From positions 132,680,001 through 132,744,000 of the forward strand of contig OZ024744.1 of assembly GCA_964016885.1 (NCBI GenBank): a DNA stretch of 64,000 nucleotides, in the 5' to 3' direction. This DNA is from Eledone cirrhosa (lineage: Eukaryota). Each line of letters starts with the position of its first letter. Position 1 is the first letter of the stretch. Both the position numbers and the translations under genes were made by a program. The notes below the pieces were generated by a model, which was given only the letters and a program-made list of their open reading frames with translations, did not search any database and was not told where the DNA came from. Of the stretch, positions 63,252-64,000 are shown piece after piece.

Positions 63252-64000
63252 AGGTTTTTCGAAAACCTTATATAATCATTTTTATTTAGGTTCTTCGAAA
63301 CACCTTATATAATCAATTTTTTTAGGTTTTTCGAAAAACCTTATATAATCAATTTTTTAATACTTTTAGAAATATTTATATCTGATTTCAAATATTGATT
63401 TTATTAGGTTTTTGGAATAATCAATTTTTTTTACGTTTTTCGAAAAATGTTATATAATCAATTTTTTTTAGGTTTTTCGAATCAATTCAATTTTTATAAT
63501 CAAATATTTTTAGGTTTTTAGAAAAACCTTATATAATCAAATTTTTTTAGGTTTTTCGGAAAACCTTATATAATTAATTTTTTTATACTTTTAGAAATAT
63601 TTATATCTGATTTCAAATATTGGATTTTTTAGGTTTTTCGATAATCAATTTTTTTTAGATTTTTCGAAAAATCTTATATAATCAATTTTTTTACGTTTTT
63701 AGAAAGACCTTATATAATCAATTTTTTTATACTTTTAGAAATATTTATATCTGATTTCAAATATTGATTTTTTTTTTAGGTTTTTCGAAATACCTTATAT
63801 AATCAATTTTTTTTAGGTTTTTCAAATTACTTTATATAATCAATTTTTTTTATCTGATTTCATATATTGATTTTTTTAGCTTTTTCGACAAAATCTTATA
63901 TAATCAATTTTTTTTAGGTTTTTCGAAAAAGAATGAATTTGAGTTCATAGTCGAAATATATACTTCTGCATTAATCTTTTTACGTTTTTTTGATTTTTTT
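63252..64000 (+). repeat. Satellite B block B5, truncated by the window end
   Basis: Same A>B junction and leader as the other B blocks. First module starts at ~63931. Confidence 0.95.

Overview
The 64 kb window is entirely non-coding tandem-repeat DNA, most likely eukaryotic heterochromatin (centromeric, pericentromeric or subtelomeric; the organism cannot be determined from the sequence). Two satellites alternate. Satellite A is a G/T-rich, telomere-like 16-bp repeat, (TTAAG)2TTGGGG. Satellite B is an AT-rich, palindrome-rich array built from ~37-bp and ~50-55-bp subunits plus a recurring ~230-bp module. The blocks are A1 1-11506, B1 11507-17308, A2 17309-24962, B2 24963-27973, A3 27974-33280, B3 33281-41668, A4 41669-49626, B4 49627-51758, A5 51759-63251 and B5 63252-64000. 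All five A>B junctions fall at the same base, as do all four B>A junctions. The region is therefore an amplified composite macro-repeat (8.3-16.3 kb per A+B unit) with fixed joints and variable block lengths. Diagnostic variants suggest two unit types alternate in a further ~22-30 kb dimer. Satellite A contains 14 short inverted C-rich islands. Ten open at a perfect GGGGTT|AACCCC palindrome and four are truncated and fused directly to B; all 14 share one exit junction. B shows several fold-back or template-switch scars, one starting at the same AAATTACC site as the B>A junction. The three identical 82-aa ORFs are by-products of the satellite. No genes, RNA genes, CRISPR arrays or coding transposons are supported. 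Coordinates were read by eye and may be off by a few bases.
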